Assembly: GCF_000143415.4 (NCBI RefSeq) | Contig: NW_003314328.1 | Coordinates: 1-64,000, forward strand | DNA from: Selaginella moellendorffii | Lineage: Eukaryota; Plantae; Lycopodiophyta | Reading direction: 5' to 3' | DNA length: 64,000 nt | Notes under the pieces: model-generated | Databases searched by the model: none | The model's input: only the letters and a program-made list of their open reading frames with translations | Told to the model about the DNA's origin: nothing | Translations under genes and position numbers: made by a program | Part shown: positions 41,492 through 53,978 of the stretch, piece by piece | Layout: every line of letters begins with the position of its first letter | Position numbering within the stretch: the stretch's first letter is position 1

Positions 41492-42541
41492 TCCCCCAAA
41501 ATGTAGATCAATCAGCGCCTCCCAGGAATCGGCGAAAGCACGGCACACTCCAGCGATTGGATCCTCCTCTAGCACAAGCGCCTCGCGACGATCTGGAAGA
41601 ACCCTAGCGAAGAACACGCGCACGCGAGAGAAAGAGCGAGAGCCTCGGACAAACACACACGAAGTAACAACACCCCTTTTTTAACCCAACGTAAATAAAA
41701 CGGAAAGCCCTACCAAGCCACGTCTGCGGCACGTGGAGTCCGAGCTGGCGGGATATTTTGAACGTTATGACATTGCCGCGTGTGCACCCCCGGGGGCCAC
41801 GTGCCGCCCGTGCATTGGCCTGCGAGCCAGCAGCCGTTTACAGGCCCGATAGATCTTGTCTGCGCCTTGTTTGTGTAGCTTTTAAAGCGCGCACACTGTC
41901 GAGTGTGTAAGACGGCCATGATTTGGCCGGGAATGGATGGATAGGATATCCTAGCCGTTATCTTTTCGAAAGCCAGCTTTTAGGGCAAAATTAGGGCCCT
42001 TGCCCCTGTTTCTAGGGCTGACGCGGCGTGGGCGTCGCGGTCGAGGCATGGGATCGCTTTTCCTTGGAGATAACAATGACGTGGCTTTGGGATTTGGGTT
42101 TGGCATCTGGTGGTTGCGCTTGGTCTCACGTTCCTGTTGTTATCTTGCCAGAGCCATGCAGGCTTTTAATTTAGGGTTTGTGTGTGATGTCGTCCGCCAC
42201 CCGGATATTCTATCGCCACTGTTTGTGTGTTGGTGGTCCGGGGGGACAGCGTTGTGGAGGCGGGGCCTGGGAACGAAGGAAAAAGGCTGTCTTTTGAATT
42301 GCTAGTTGAATCCCAGGCCACTCCAAATTCCCGGATCCTCAGTGCAAGAAACACTCGATCTTGGTGATCTTCCGTGTGGGATCCATGAGCGAGATAAGCT
42401 AAGCGAGTATCACGCTCTTTTGTTCGCGATCTCTTTGTGTGTGAAAGCTTCTTCTTTGTCCACGCTATTGCTCCATCGAGTAGCTTCTTATAATAATTCA
42501 TCTTTTAAGTCTCATGTGACCTTCAAAAAGAGCTTTTGATT

Positions 42542-43646
42542 TTAATCTTTCTTGGTGGCAGCCATGAAGACTGCAACTTTATACATTAAAAACCCAGCCA
42601 CTCCTCCCATTAGCAACCCGGGGCTAAGTTCCCTGTCCTGGAGTATGACAGAGCCTTTGATCACAGCCGCAAAGAATATCACAGCTACGAGCAAAACCAG
42701 CACGGAAGGTTTCCTGAATGTAGTCTCGCCTTTGCCAATCCGATCCACCACCCCTTCCAGTGAGAGCAAGTAAACCAACCCAAGAGCTCCACCCAGTGAA
42801 AAGGCTAGTGCGACGTCCCTGGAGCTCGACAGTGCTAGAACTCCAGCTCCAAGAGCAACCAGAGTCGCGTGTGACACCAAGAGAGAACGCTTTAAGGACT
42901 CATACTGTTTCATCGTGTTGGCATCATCGTTTGGTCGTGGAGAACTTGCTGGATCCGATTCAATCACCTGTGGCTTGAGTTCTACGGCCAAAACATCACC
43001 ACCATCGCCAAGCAGCTCGCCATCGCCTCTAAAAATGTAATTCACGCCTCTGGAACTCGCGGCTTCGTTTCCAGGAGCTACGGTCACTACAGCTTCTTCG
43101 AGCCTCCAGGCACCTATAGAAGTTTCAGCTCAAAACTTTGGATTTGTAGTAAGAAAAAAGCGATTTTTTCTGCGAAGTACCTCTCTCTGGTCCAATCCAT
43201 ATGGCTTCAAGCTTTCCCAGGTCCGGTCCCAGGAACTCCACCACATCAACATCCCCCTTTTGGAACCGTGTCCCCGAATCCACGCATCGCAGCGCGGTTT
43301 CTCCACTCTGGCCTATCAAAGCCAGCCAAATCCGTCCTCCAGGCTCGGAAAAACTAGAACTGGGACTCGTGCTAGTGACGAGCTTTACCTTGTAGGCGCT
43401 GCTTCTCAGGCGCTCCAGGATCTTCTCCTCTGCCGTGACTTCCACAAAACGAAAGAGCTCGCCCTCGTCGCCGCCGCTGGGGAGTAGCCATTGCGGCTGC
43501 TTGAAGCAAGAACCGGTAAATCCAGCGGGAGATTTACCTTTTCCGGATGAAGAAGCCATCGCCAGCCTCGCCGATCTGGGATTCACTCCAGCTGATCGCT
43601 TCAGTCGCGGCGGGATCGAAGCGGGGCGCTCCAAGACTGTCGCCAT
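42542..43646 (-). CDS. Probable plastid membrane protein: PLAT/LH2-like domain plus C-terminal transmembrane helices, 2 exons
   Basis: Transit-peptide-like N-terminus; YKVKLVTS..LIGQSG..FQKGDVD..DLGKL..W beta-sandwich pattern; four hydrophobic C-terminal segments. Confidence 0.7.
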
Positions 43647-43727
43647 TTCTCCACAGCCCTAAACAAAGAATTTGAATTAAGTATCAAAGTATTATTCGCT
43701 GCAAAGGGTGAAATATTCGATTAGATC

Positions 43728-44678
43728 ATGTGGCCCTCAAAGTATGCATTGGGGGTTCTTTTGAGTTTCATGGTTGGAATGGATTTGCAACCTGGGAGCG
43801 ATGGCGAGGGAGAGAGCTTGGATGTGGTCATTCTCTCCGGGCAGAGCAACATGGCCGGGAGGGGCGGCGTCCATGCCGTAGGGCAGCGCAGGGAATGGGA
43901 TGGATTTGTTCCACAGGAGAGCTGGGCACCAAATGGCACAATCAAGAGGCTCAATGTGGATCTGGAATGGGAGGATGCCGCCGAGCCATTGCACAGAGAC
44001 ATTGATACTGGTAAGTTCTTGATGCTAAGCGATATCGTTCTAGATCTTAGAGCTCGAGATTGTCTCTCAAACCTTTCCCTTCGATCCAGGCAAAGTTTGT
44101 GGGATTGGGCCTGGCTTGACGTTTGGAGCGGCATTGATCAACCAGCAGAGAAGTAGATTCCTGGGCCTCGTGCCTTGCGCCAAGGGCGCCACTTCCATCA
44201 CGGAATGGACGAAAGGGAGCTTTCTATACGAGCGGATGATCAAGAGGGCGAAGGAAGCCATTCGCAAAGGTGGCGTTTTGAGAGCGCTCTTGTGGTACCA
44301 AGGCGAGACTGATACACTCTCGGAGCACCTCGCGAGGAATTACAAGAGAGCTCTCGAGGCTTTCATTGGCAACGTAAGGTCTGATCTAGGCTGGGATCAG
44401 TTGCCATTCATCCAGGTGAGTGGCTCTCTTGATTTTGTTGTTTGGGAAAGATCTAAGGCTTGGGAAAACAGGTCGGAATCACTGCTCACAATCATCCTCA
44501 CCCCCGTCTTCTTCAGCTGGTTCGTCAGGCCCAGCAACAAATCCACATTGCGAATGTGTTTTACGTGGATGCACACGGCTTGGCTCTGCAGGAAGATGGA
44601 GTTCATCTCACTACTGCCTCGCAGGTTGAGCTCGGCAAAAAACTTGCCCAAAGTTTCATCTCCAATGTCCCCCCATGA
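43728..44678 (+). CDS. SGNH carbohydrate esterase (SASA/CE6 family), 3 exons
   Basis: ILSGQSNMAGRGG, ALLWYQGETD, QEDGVHL. Confidence 0.92.
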
Positions 44679-44995
44679 TTTCCATCCAGATTATTCCCCG
44701 ACCATTCTTCTATATGGAAAAAAAGCTGGCCAAAGGGTAATCCTCTCAACCTAAAGGATTTTCAGCAAAATGGGTGCCATCTTGAACATCTCGAAGGTGT
44801 TCTTAAGCTTTCATTCGAACTGAAGTGAGAACTCGCTGAGCAAGAATTCTATAAGCCGAGGAACCAGGATTCCATCTTCTTTCTCCATCAAATTCTCAAT
44901 CTAAGATCGCAAGATGATCAAATTCTTGGTAATTTTGGTGTTTGGTGCAATGGAAAAGATTCTAAAAGTCTGTTTTTTAAAAAGTTTTAGGGTTC

Positions 44996-46636
44996 ATGAG
45001 CACAACGCTCTTCCCGCCACAGCCGAGTGGCGCCACTCTTCTCCCGGCGAGCAATCCCAATGCCGCGGAGGGCGTGAGGAGATGCGTCTCTTTGCTCAAG
45101 AAATGCCAGCTCCTGGAAGAGTGCGATCAAATCCACGCCCGGATGGCCTCCAGCGGCATCCACCGCGACCGATTCCTCTGCAACAATCTCGTCGAAGCCT
45201 ATGGCCGCTGCGGCGATCTCGACTCCGCCACCGCCGTCTTCCTCACCATCCAGGATCGCAACGTCTTCTCGTGGACGATCATGATCGTGGCCAGCGTCCA
45301 AAACGGCGATGGCGTCCTGGCGCTGCGCCTCCTCCGCGAGATGGACTGCGAGGGCGTCGCCCCGGACGAGATGACCTTTAGCAGCATCTTGGGCGCGCTC
45401 TCGGGCAAGAGAGATCTCCGGCAGGGGCGAGAGATCCACGCGCGGCTGCGCAGCGGCGGCCACGAATCCAATCTCGTCGTCGCCACCGCGCTCATCAACA
45501 TGTACTCGAGCTGCGGCAGCATCGCCGAGGCGCGCGAGGTCTTCTCCAGGACGAACTCCCGCGACGTGGTGTCCATGAGCTCCATGGTGGCGGCGCTGGC
45601 GGGATCCGGGCATGGCGGCGAGGCCATCCTCCTCTTCCGCCGCATGGATCTCGAGGGGATCGCGAGCAACGAGATCACTTTCGTGGCGGCGCTGGTGGCG
45701 TGCTGCGATTGCCCCGGATCCCTGGCGCTGGGAAAGCAAATCCACGAGAGGATCATCGCCGGTGGACTGGGATCCAACGTTTTCCTGGCGAATTCGCTGG
45801 TCACGATGTATGGGAGGAGCGGCGAGGTGGCGGTGGCGGAGGCGGTGTTTAGATCCATCCGCCGCCGCTCGCTCACGTCCTGGAACTCGATGCTCGCGGC
45901 ATATACCCAGAACGGGCATTCCAGCGTGGCACTGGACGTCCACGTCAGGATGGACCACGAGGGCGTGGCGTCGGACGAGTTCACGTTTGTGACGCTGCTG
46001 GACGCGTGCGCCATGGCCGGGACGCTCCAGCTGGGCCGGCAGATCCACGACCGTACAGCCGCGATGGGCCTCATGGCCAACGGGTTCGTGGCCACGGCGC
46101 TGCTGGACATGTACGGCAAGCGGGGCAGCCTGGGCGAGGCGCGGGCGGTGTTCGACCGCCACTGTACGGGAAGCGTCGTGGCGTGGACGGCCATGGTCGC
46201 GTCGTACGCCCAGCACGGGCGGTCCGCGGAGGCGCTGGAGCTGTACGGCTGCATGGCGCTCGAGGGCCTCGCCCCAAACAGCGTCACCTTTGTAAACATC
46301 CTCTCGGCGTGTAGCTACTATGGAATGGTGGATCAGGGATGGGAGTTCTTCGCTTCTATGAGAGGAGATCACGGGATTTGCCCCGAGGCTGTGCATTTTG
46401 GGTGCATGGTTGATGTTTTGTCCAGGGCGGGTCAGCTGGATCGAGCTGAGGAGCTGCTCGAGAGTTTGCCACCTTTCCTGACCGCGCAGCTGAGCCTGTT
46501 GGGCGCTTGCCAGCTGCATGGGGATTTGCAAAGAGGGTGGCGGGTGTCGCACAGAGTGCATGGGGAATGTAGGGAGAAGTACGTGATGCTCACAAACTTG
46601 TCGTCAACTTCATCATATATAAACCATCTTGTTTGA
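44996..46636 (+). CDS. PLS-class PPR protein ending in a truncated E domain
   Basis: Single 546-aa ORF with MYGK/SW repeats and CMVDVLSRAG; no DYW. Confidence 0.92.
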   Translation: MSTTLFPPQPSGATLLPASNPNAAEGVRRCVSLLKKCQLLEECDQIHARMASSGIHRDRFLCNNLVEAYGRCGDLDSATAVFLTIQDRNVFSWTIMIVASVQNGDGVLALRLLREMDCEGVAPDEMTFSSILGALSGKRDLRQGREIHARLRSGGHESNLVVATALINMYSSCGSIAEAREVFSRTNSRDVVSMSSMVAALAGSGHGGEAILLFRRMDLEGIASNEITFVAALVACCDCPGSLALGKQIHERIIAGGLGSNVFLANSLVTMYGRSGEVAVAEAVFRSIRRRSLTSWNSMLAAYTQNGHSSVALDVHVRMDHEGVASDEFTFVTLLDACAMAGTLQLGRQIHDRTAAMGLMANGFVATALLDMYGKRGSLGEARAVFDRHCTGSVVAWTAMVASYAQHGRSAEALELYGCMALEGLAPNSVTFVNILSACSYYGMVDQGWEFFASMRGDHGICPEAVHFGCMVDVLSRAGQLDRAEELLESLPPFLTAQLSLLGACQLHGDLQRGWRVSHRVHGECREKYVMLTNLSSTSSYINHLV

Positions 46637-47029
46637 TTCATGAAAAATGTCAATGGTTGTGAGGCTACAGGAATAGACAAGCTGGACGCGGACAAGATCA
46701 GTATATTTTCCCGTATCTTCTTCAAGCAAGAGCTGCTTCTAGCCCACAACTCTATTCGATAAGCTTAGACCGCTTTATTGGCTTCAGGAGGACCCAAGGG
46801 GTACAACTATGAACTTAAACTCCCTACACTCTCTTGAGCTTGAAGTTGCAGCTCCTCCATTTGAGCTGATGGTAAGATGGTGGGAGTTCATCCTGACTGA
46901 AGTTCATCCCCAAACCTTCTGGCATTCCAGGAGACTGTGAAGGCGAAGGAGCTAAGTTAAATTAAAGTAGGAATCAAATTTAATTAATAAATGAAGTTAA
47001 TGTCGTTAATTGGCACAGAATTAGGTGAT

Positions 47030-47835
47030 GCAATCATAGGCACAACAAGCTTGTATCGTGCCACTCACTATATTTTCTGCTAGTTTTCCGGGCAGTGCCT
47101 TCACTTTTCTGGAGAAAGGATCACACACAAATACTGTCTATATATTCGAACTCCCAAACAAGAAGAAGGAAAGGTTACTCTCAAGAGGCCACTTTGTACC
47201 TCAATATCCATCAAGAAGTCCAATGGCATCTCCATCCATGACAATTCCCCGTTTTTGCTCTGTCGTAGAACACCAAGCTTGAGATTAGTTGGGAACTTCC
47301 ATGTAGAACTCGCCCGGAGTTGCAAATAGCACGAGCTTTCTTAGAATTTCGCGTGCACACGTACACTGCCCATCTCCCGTTTTGATACATGTTTAAAACA
47401 AAAATTCTTTAATTCTTGGTGGGAATCTTCATGTTCTAGCAGGCTTTCTTCTCCACACCGCCCGCGCCATTGCATTGGGGCGCTGATGCTAGGGAATGGA
47501 TCGACAGCAGCTGGAGTAGGGAAGGGAGGGATCTCGAGGGCAATGCGATGGAGGGATCGGTTACGGAGCGCGGGAAGTTGAGGCAACGCCGTTGCAATGG
47601 CGGGCAGTAGCGTAGCGGCAAAGCTGGCTGTCGAGTACGTGCGCTCGTTCTCGCCAATGAGTGTTTTGGCAGGAAGAACAAGCGGATTTCCGTAGCCAAG
47701 AAGAAATGTTATGCTTCGGTCTGATTGCTTCAGTACCGAGAAGGTTGATATACAAAGTAAATTTTTAATACTAACTAAAGATCCATGTGCTGTAACCAAG
47801 GAGCAGCCTAAACACCACCTGGCGCATCTCTAGAA
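47030..47835 (-). pseudogene. Fragmented paralog of the adjacent F-box gene, interrupted by an unrelated ~440-bp segment
   Basis: 47036-47355 aligns by eye to 48415-48820; 47804-47816 aligns to ~48907-48920. Confidence 0.75.
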
Positions 47836-47889
47836 GTACTGCATCGTAGATAAACCATCTTGATTGATCAATGAGAAGTGTTAACAGGA

Positions 47890-48948
47890 TTAAACAAGCT
47901 GGACATGGACAAGTTTACTGCATCCTTTTGTAGCCAAGAGTTCCTTCCATACTCCATGACTCCATTCCATAAGTTTATACCACTTTAATTGCCTCAGTAA
48001 CGCTATATAAACCTTGTCATTCCAAGCCTTGATGCCCCACTCATCTGGATGATCAATTCCAGTCAAGCATGCAATCTCCTTAACCTTGCTCCCCACCACT
48101 TCCCAAAGCCTGAGGACTGCAAGACCAGGACTATACTGAGCAACTAAGAAACCATCCTTCCACTTCTCAAGCTTTACGGATGACGGCCAGTCCAGCTTGA
48201 TTTCTCCAATTGTACACTCCCCGCGGCTAAGCTTTAGCAACTGTGATCCTAATAGCTTCTCATGAGTGCCCTCTGATCGAAGAGCCTTCAACTCAAACCA
48301 TTCACCTCCGTGAGAAATTGCACTGATACAGTACTCTGCCGAGCCATCGATTTCCTTCCATGCATTTGCACTCGAGTCAAACATCCACACAGAGTCCCAT
48401 TTTCCACCATCGACCATAGGCACAATAAGCTTGTATCGTCTTGCATTCTTGTCACTCGCTATGGCCATTTCAAGGAAATACTTATTGTAAGATTCAAAAC
48501 TGGGCAGTGCCTTCACTCGTTTGGAGAAAAAATCACACACAAATACTGTCCATATACTAGCGAAGCGATTCGAACTAGAAAACAAGAAGAAGGCAAGGTT
48601 GCTGTCATGATCGTAGGCCATGGAGCCTCTAGGGTAAAGAGGATGATAACCCTGCGGGAGAGTTTGCCTGCGCACAAAATCCATCAAAAATGTCAATGGC
48701 ATCTCCTTCCATGACAATTCCCCGTCTTTGCTCTGTCTTAGAACAAGATCAAGCCTGATACTAGTTACGAACTTCCATGTCCGGAGTTGCAAAAAGCATA
48801 AGTTTTTTAGAATCTCGCGTGAGCACGCTGCCCAACTTTGACAAACCAATCTCACACTACCAGTCAAAACCTCTACTGGAACCATCTCTAAGATATCCCT
48901 GAGGAACAGCCTAAACACCTCCTCACACATCGCTCTTTTCTTAACCAT
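47890..48948 (-). CDS. F-box protein (lineage-specific family), intronless
   Basis: N-terminal ILEMVPVEVL..VRLVCQSW F-box pattern followed by a beta-rich region. Confidence 0.7.
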   Translation of the reverse strand: MVKKRAMCEEVFRLFLRDILEMVPVEVLTGSVRLVCQSWAACSREILKNLCFLQLRTWKFVTSIRLDLVLRQSKDGELSWKEMPLTFLMDFVRRQTLPQGYHPLYPRGSMAYDHDSNLAFFLFSSSNRFASIWTVFVCDFFSKRVKALPSFESYNKYFLEMAIASDKNARRYKLIVPMVDGGKWDSVWMFDSSANAWKEIDGSAEYCISAISHGGEWFELKALRSEGTHEKLLGSQLLKLSRGECTIGEIKLDWPSSVKLEKWKDGFLVAQYSPGLAVLRLWEVVGSKVKEIACLTGIDHPDEWGIKAWNDKVYIALLRQLKWYKLMEWSHGVWKELLATKGCSKLVHVQLV

Positions 48949-49041
48949 AACCTGATTTGCGGCCACAAGGAATTTTATAACGATCCTTCTCCAAATTTGG
49001 GCCGTTTGATTTAGGGCTGATCGTAGGGCTTAGAGCGAACC

Positions 49042-49064
49042 TAGGGTTTAGGGCTCTAGGGTTT
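49042..49064 (+). promoter_or_regulatory. Telo-boxes upstream of RPS9
   Basis: TAGGGTTT twice, typical of plant ribosomal-protein promoters. Confidence 0.7.
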
Positions 49065-49106
49065 AGATCTTGCCGGCGGGCGAGCGGGAGCGCTGGAGGA
49101 TCGGCG

Positions 49107-49898
<792 letters not shown>

Positions 49899-50029
49899 GC
49901 GAGCGTGCTTCCGTTTCCATTTTCCAGCGGAGATCTTCCTCGCAGCTAAGTCTAGTTATTAAAATCTAATCGTTTGAAGAGAACAATATAACGCGATTTC
50001 TTGCGAGGGCTCTACACTCCACAAAGATC

Positions 50030-51389
50030 ATGAAGGTCGAAGAGATTGAGCGCCTCATGCTTGAGCCGCTATCCCCAACTCCAAGCTGCTTCCTTTCTCT
50101 CTCCCACTTTGATATGAAATACATCTTCCATCCCTATATGCAAGGTGTTGCGTTCTATCCAGGCTCTCGCTCGGACGTGCAGAACGAGAGCTTGATCCAC
50201 CAAGCGAGGCTCTCACTCTCTAAAGTTCTGCTCCACTTCTACCCAGCAGCTGGGCGCCTGGCGCTCTCCAGCGATGGCAACTCGTATGGAATCGACTGCA
50301 ATGCCGCTGGTGTCGAGTGGACAGTGGCAAGAGCCGACTTTCCGCTTGACAATCTCGACTACTCTCAGCCATCGCCCGACTTCTCGGCTCTGATTCGAAG
50401 TGGCAAGTATGGAAGCTCTGCGGCACCACTCGGAAGCCCGCTGCTAAGCATCCAGGTAACCAGTGACCAGTGTTTCTTGAGGATTTCATCCCCTGGATTT
50501 CATCTAGGTGACAAGGTTCTCGTGCGGAGGCATTTCGGTGGCTTGGGCTGCGGACCATGCACTAGCTGATGGAACTGGCCGGGTGCATTTCCTAGTATCT
50601 TGGGCAGAGAGTTGTCTCAAAGGTGAGATTAGCCAAGTTCCTCGCATTGATCGAGATCTCGGGCCCCAGCAGCTGGACTACCCGAGAGCAAGTGATTTCT
50701 CGCCGGTTGCAAGCGGCGGCCATGATCTTCCAAAGTCCGGTAACATAGCGATGAGCGGTCGAATCTTCTGCTTCGAGAGAGCCTACATTGAAAAGCTCAA
50801 GGAGATGGCCGGCGTGGGGTTATCGAGATTCACAGTGCTATGTGCTCACATCTGGATCAACATGTGTGCAGCGAGGGATCTGCCCGATTCCACGAGCACC
50901 ACCAATTCCATGGCAGCCAACTGCAGGAAAAGGCTAGCTCCTCAGCTGCCGGACGACTTCTTTGGGAATGCAGTGCTCCACGCGGTGGCAACGACGACTG
51001 CTGGTGAGCTCCGGAAAGGTGGCCTCCGCCATGCTGCAAGCTTGCTGGAGGATGCAGTTTCGACGAGCTTTGGCATGGAGGGGATCACGAAGAAGCTTAG
51101 CTCCAAGGGCATTGCAGCGGACAAGCTTGGCAGGAATTGTAACATGTTGTGCTCGAGCTCGCCGCGGTTCCGGTACTACGAGATTGATTTGGGATGGGGG
51201 AGACCAGAAGCCGTGCGGCATGTTGGATTGGAGAGGCTTGGATTGGATGGACTTTGCATGTTCAATCCTCATCCAAGATCACCCCAGGGGATTGAAGTCA
51301 CCATAACTTTACCAACATGGACACTGGAGAGGTTGAGACGTCTCCTTGAAGACGCGTGGAGCGCATACTTGTCTTGTGAAACCAAATGA
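50030..51389 (+). CDS. BAHD acyl-CoA acyltransferase, 2 exons
   Basis: FYPAAGRL, conserved Q-intron at IQ|VT, HALADG (HxxxD), FFGNA, DLGWG (DFGWG). Confidence 0.95.
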
Positions 51390-51838
51390 TAAATAAGTGG
51401 AGACATAATAGCTGAAGTCTTATATAAACCATAGAAGGTTAAAAAAGATTTTGATGCTATTCCCTCATGCTTGAACGTGGGTGAGCTCAGTTGCATGGGA
51501 GATGAGTTGGTGCTTCACAGCCGGGGAAGCGATGCTCTAAACATTTACCTTTTGTTAAAAATGTATGTGACGGGGGGGGGGGGGAGAGAAAAAATTATAT
51601 GCTCTATGTTATCAAGTGACCTTTTGGAATCTTGGGCCGACTAATCCAACTTGACATTCAAGCAGTTCTTCCAGCCCCTGGTAGTGTGCCATGGCCTGTC
51701 CACCCAGCTCCTACCGTGCCTGCTCGCCATATCGATGGCAACTTTCCCTTAACGCGTAGGAAACAGCAAGAGCCACGTAGAAAGAGTTAACGAGAGCCCA
51801 TTTCGACTAAAGGTGAGATCAGATCTAGGACTTGTGAA

Positions 51839-53845
51839 ATGGGAAGTGTAGATGTATACTCCATGGACGGAGCTGATAGCCACTTGAAGGAAGTTCGTAG
51901 GATGGTCAAGGGTTTAGACCACGCCAGCATGATAGCGCTCGAGGGCACTGCTCTGACAATCGAGCAAGTCACAGCAGTTGCTAGGCGCGCTGACCATATC
52001 CATGTTGAGCTTGCTGTCCAGAGTGCCAAATCTCGAGTGGACAAATGCGCAGAGTGGGTCATGGAGAGTGTCGCGAAAGGAGTCGATACCTATGCAATCT
52101 CCACTGGCTTCGGAGCTCACTGCAATCGAAGGACGGCAAATTTCTCGGGCCTGCAGCAGGAGCTAATCCGCTACTTGAATGCTGGCATCATGGGCACCAA
52201 TCCAAGCAATGTCTTGCCTGTTCATGTCACGCGCGCCACCATGCTGGTGAGGGCCAACTGTTTGGTGCAAGGCTACTCGGGAACACGTTGGGAGATCCTG
52301 GATGCCATTGTCAAGCTCATCAATGCTCAAGTTACGCCCAAAGTTCCTCTCCGAGGATCAATCACTGCTTCGGGGGATCTCATGCCGCTGGCCTACATTG
52401 CAGCCATTCTAACCGGAAGACCAGATTCAGTAGCTTTCACCAGAGATGGAAGCATCACCTCTGCCCAAGAAGCCCTCAAGCTTGCGGGAGTTGAAGCTCC
52501 ATTCGAACTGCGGCCCAAGGAAGGAATAGCGCTTGTGAATGGGACTTCGGCGGGTGCAGCTCTGGGATCTCTCGTTTGCTTCGATGCCAACGTTCTCGTC
52601 GTCTTTGCTGAAGTCTTGACTGCCATGTTTTGCGAAGTCATCCACGCACGCAGCGAGTTTGTAGATCCGCTCATCCACAAGCTGAAGCACCACCCTGGGC
52701 AGATCGAAGCTGCGGCAATCATGAACCACGTCCTTCAAGACAGCGCTTTCATGGCGTCCGCAGCTAGACTGAACCAGGTTGACAACCTCAAAAAGTTCAG
52801 GCAAGACCGCTACGCAATACGAAGCTCTCCGCAATGGCTAGGCCCCCAGATCGAAGTCATCCGCCATGCAACTCGCTCCATCGAGCGAGAGATCAACTCG
52901 GTCAACGACAATCCCGTGATCGACGTTGCGCGTGACAAGGCGCTTCACGGTGCAAACTTCCAAGGCACTCCCATCGGTGTCGCGATGGACAACGTGAGAA
53001 TCGCCCTGGCCGCAATCGGGAAGCTCGTCTTTGCTCAATTCTCGGAGCTGGTCAATGCCAGCTTCAACAACGGGCTGCCTTCCAACCTGTCAGCTGGTCC
53101 AGACTCGTCCCTTGATTACGGATTCCATTGCGCAGAGATTGCCATGGCTGCCTACATGTCCGAGCTTGCATACTTGGCGAATCCCGTCACCACCCACGTT
53201 CAGACGGCCGAGCACCACAATCAGGCAGTCAACTCTCTCGGACTCGTCTCCGCGAGGAAATCCGAAGAGGCCGCTGAGATTCTCAAGATGATGCTGTCCA
53301 CGTACTTGTTGGGCATCTGCCAGGCGATCGATCTGAGGCATCTGGAGGTGGCATTGCAAGGAGCTGTGATGAAAGTTCTCTCCTCGATCGGGGATGAGTT
53401 CTTCCCGGCTGCCTGTGTTGAGAGCATGCTGCTCGAAGTGGAGAAGCAGTATACGTTCAGCTTCATTGACGATGCAATGGACGGCTCCTCCACACTACTA
53501 AACAAGCTGAGGCAAGTCTTTCTCGCCAATCCCACCACGCAGGGCTGCTCGGTCAGGAAATTTGGCGAGTTTAAAGATCGGTTGAAACCAAAACTGGAGG
53601 AGGCGATTGCCACAACCAGGAAAGAGTCCCTGGACAAACCTGCGACTCATATCATAGAGAAGTGCGTCTCATACCCGCTGTACCAGTTTGTTCGTCATGA
53701 ACTGGGCACGGAGATGCTCACAGGGGGTGGCCTGGAAGGAAGATCTCCCAAGCAGGACCTGGACAAAATATACGATGCATTCTGCAATGGGAGCCTGATG
53801 GAGCCGCTCTTCAAGTGTCTTGAAGGGTTTGAGCAGCATGCCTGA
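51839..53845 (+). CDS. MIO-dependent aromatic amino-acid ammonia-lyase/aminomutase (PAL family), divergent, intronless
   Basis: ITASGDL (MIO), catalytic Tyr loop DTYAISTGFGA, QDRYAIRSSPQW, NSVNDNP, NFQG; several pocket residues differ from PAL. Confidence 0.95.
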   Translation: MGSVDVYSMDGADSHLKEVRRMVKGLDHASMIALEGTALTIEQVTAVARRADHIHVELAVQSAKSRVDKCAEWVMESVAKGVDTYAISTGFGAHCNRRTANFSGLQQELIRYLNAGIMGTNPSNVLPVHVTRATMLVRANCLVQGYSGTRWEILDAIVKLINAQVTPKVPLRGSITASGDLMPLAYIAAILTGRPDSVAFTRDGSITSAQEALKLAGVEAPFELRPKEGIALVNGTSAGAALGSLVCFDANVLVVFAEVLTAMFCEVIHARSEFVDPLIHKLKHHPGQIEAAAIMNHVLQDSAFMASAARLNQVDNLKKFRQDRYAIRSSPQWLGPQIEVIRHATRSIEREINSVNDNPVIDVARDKALHGANFQGTPIGVAMDNVRIALAAIGKLVFAQFSELVNASFNNGLPSNLSAGPDSSLDYGFHCAEIAMAAYMSELAYLANPVTTHVQTAEHHNQAVNSLGLVSARKSEEAAEILKMMLSTYLLGICQAIDLRHLEVALQGAVMKVLSSIGDEFFPAACVESMLLEVEKQYTFSFIDDAMDGSSTLLNKLRQVFLANPTTQGCSVRKFGEFKDRLKPKLEEAIATTRKESLDKPATHIIEKCVSYPLYQFVRHELGTEMLTGGGLEGRSPKQDLDKIYDAFCNGSLMEPLFKCLEGFEQHA

Positions 53846-53978
53846 GGGAGTTAATCAAATAAAGGACTGCATAGCAAAATCTTTTTGTGCGTTTGATACA
53901 CGTTTTTGTCACTGTTTCTTTTTCTTTCAACCTTTAATAAGACGACACTTCCAGCGCAATATGGCATATGGCACAACT

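Noticed and set aside
41900-42500. AAACCCTAA on the minus strand as a possible telomerase RNA template or snoRNA locus
   Set aside because: No USE/TATA Pol III promoter or C/D boxes seen; telo-boxes are common in promoters across this window
44987-46561. 524-aa antisense ORF, and similar long antisense ORFs over the PPR and DUF761 genes
   Set aside because: Shadow ORFs caused by GC-rich codon usage of the real gene
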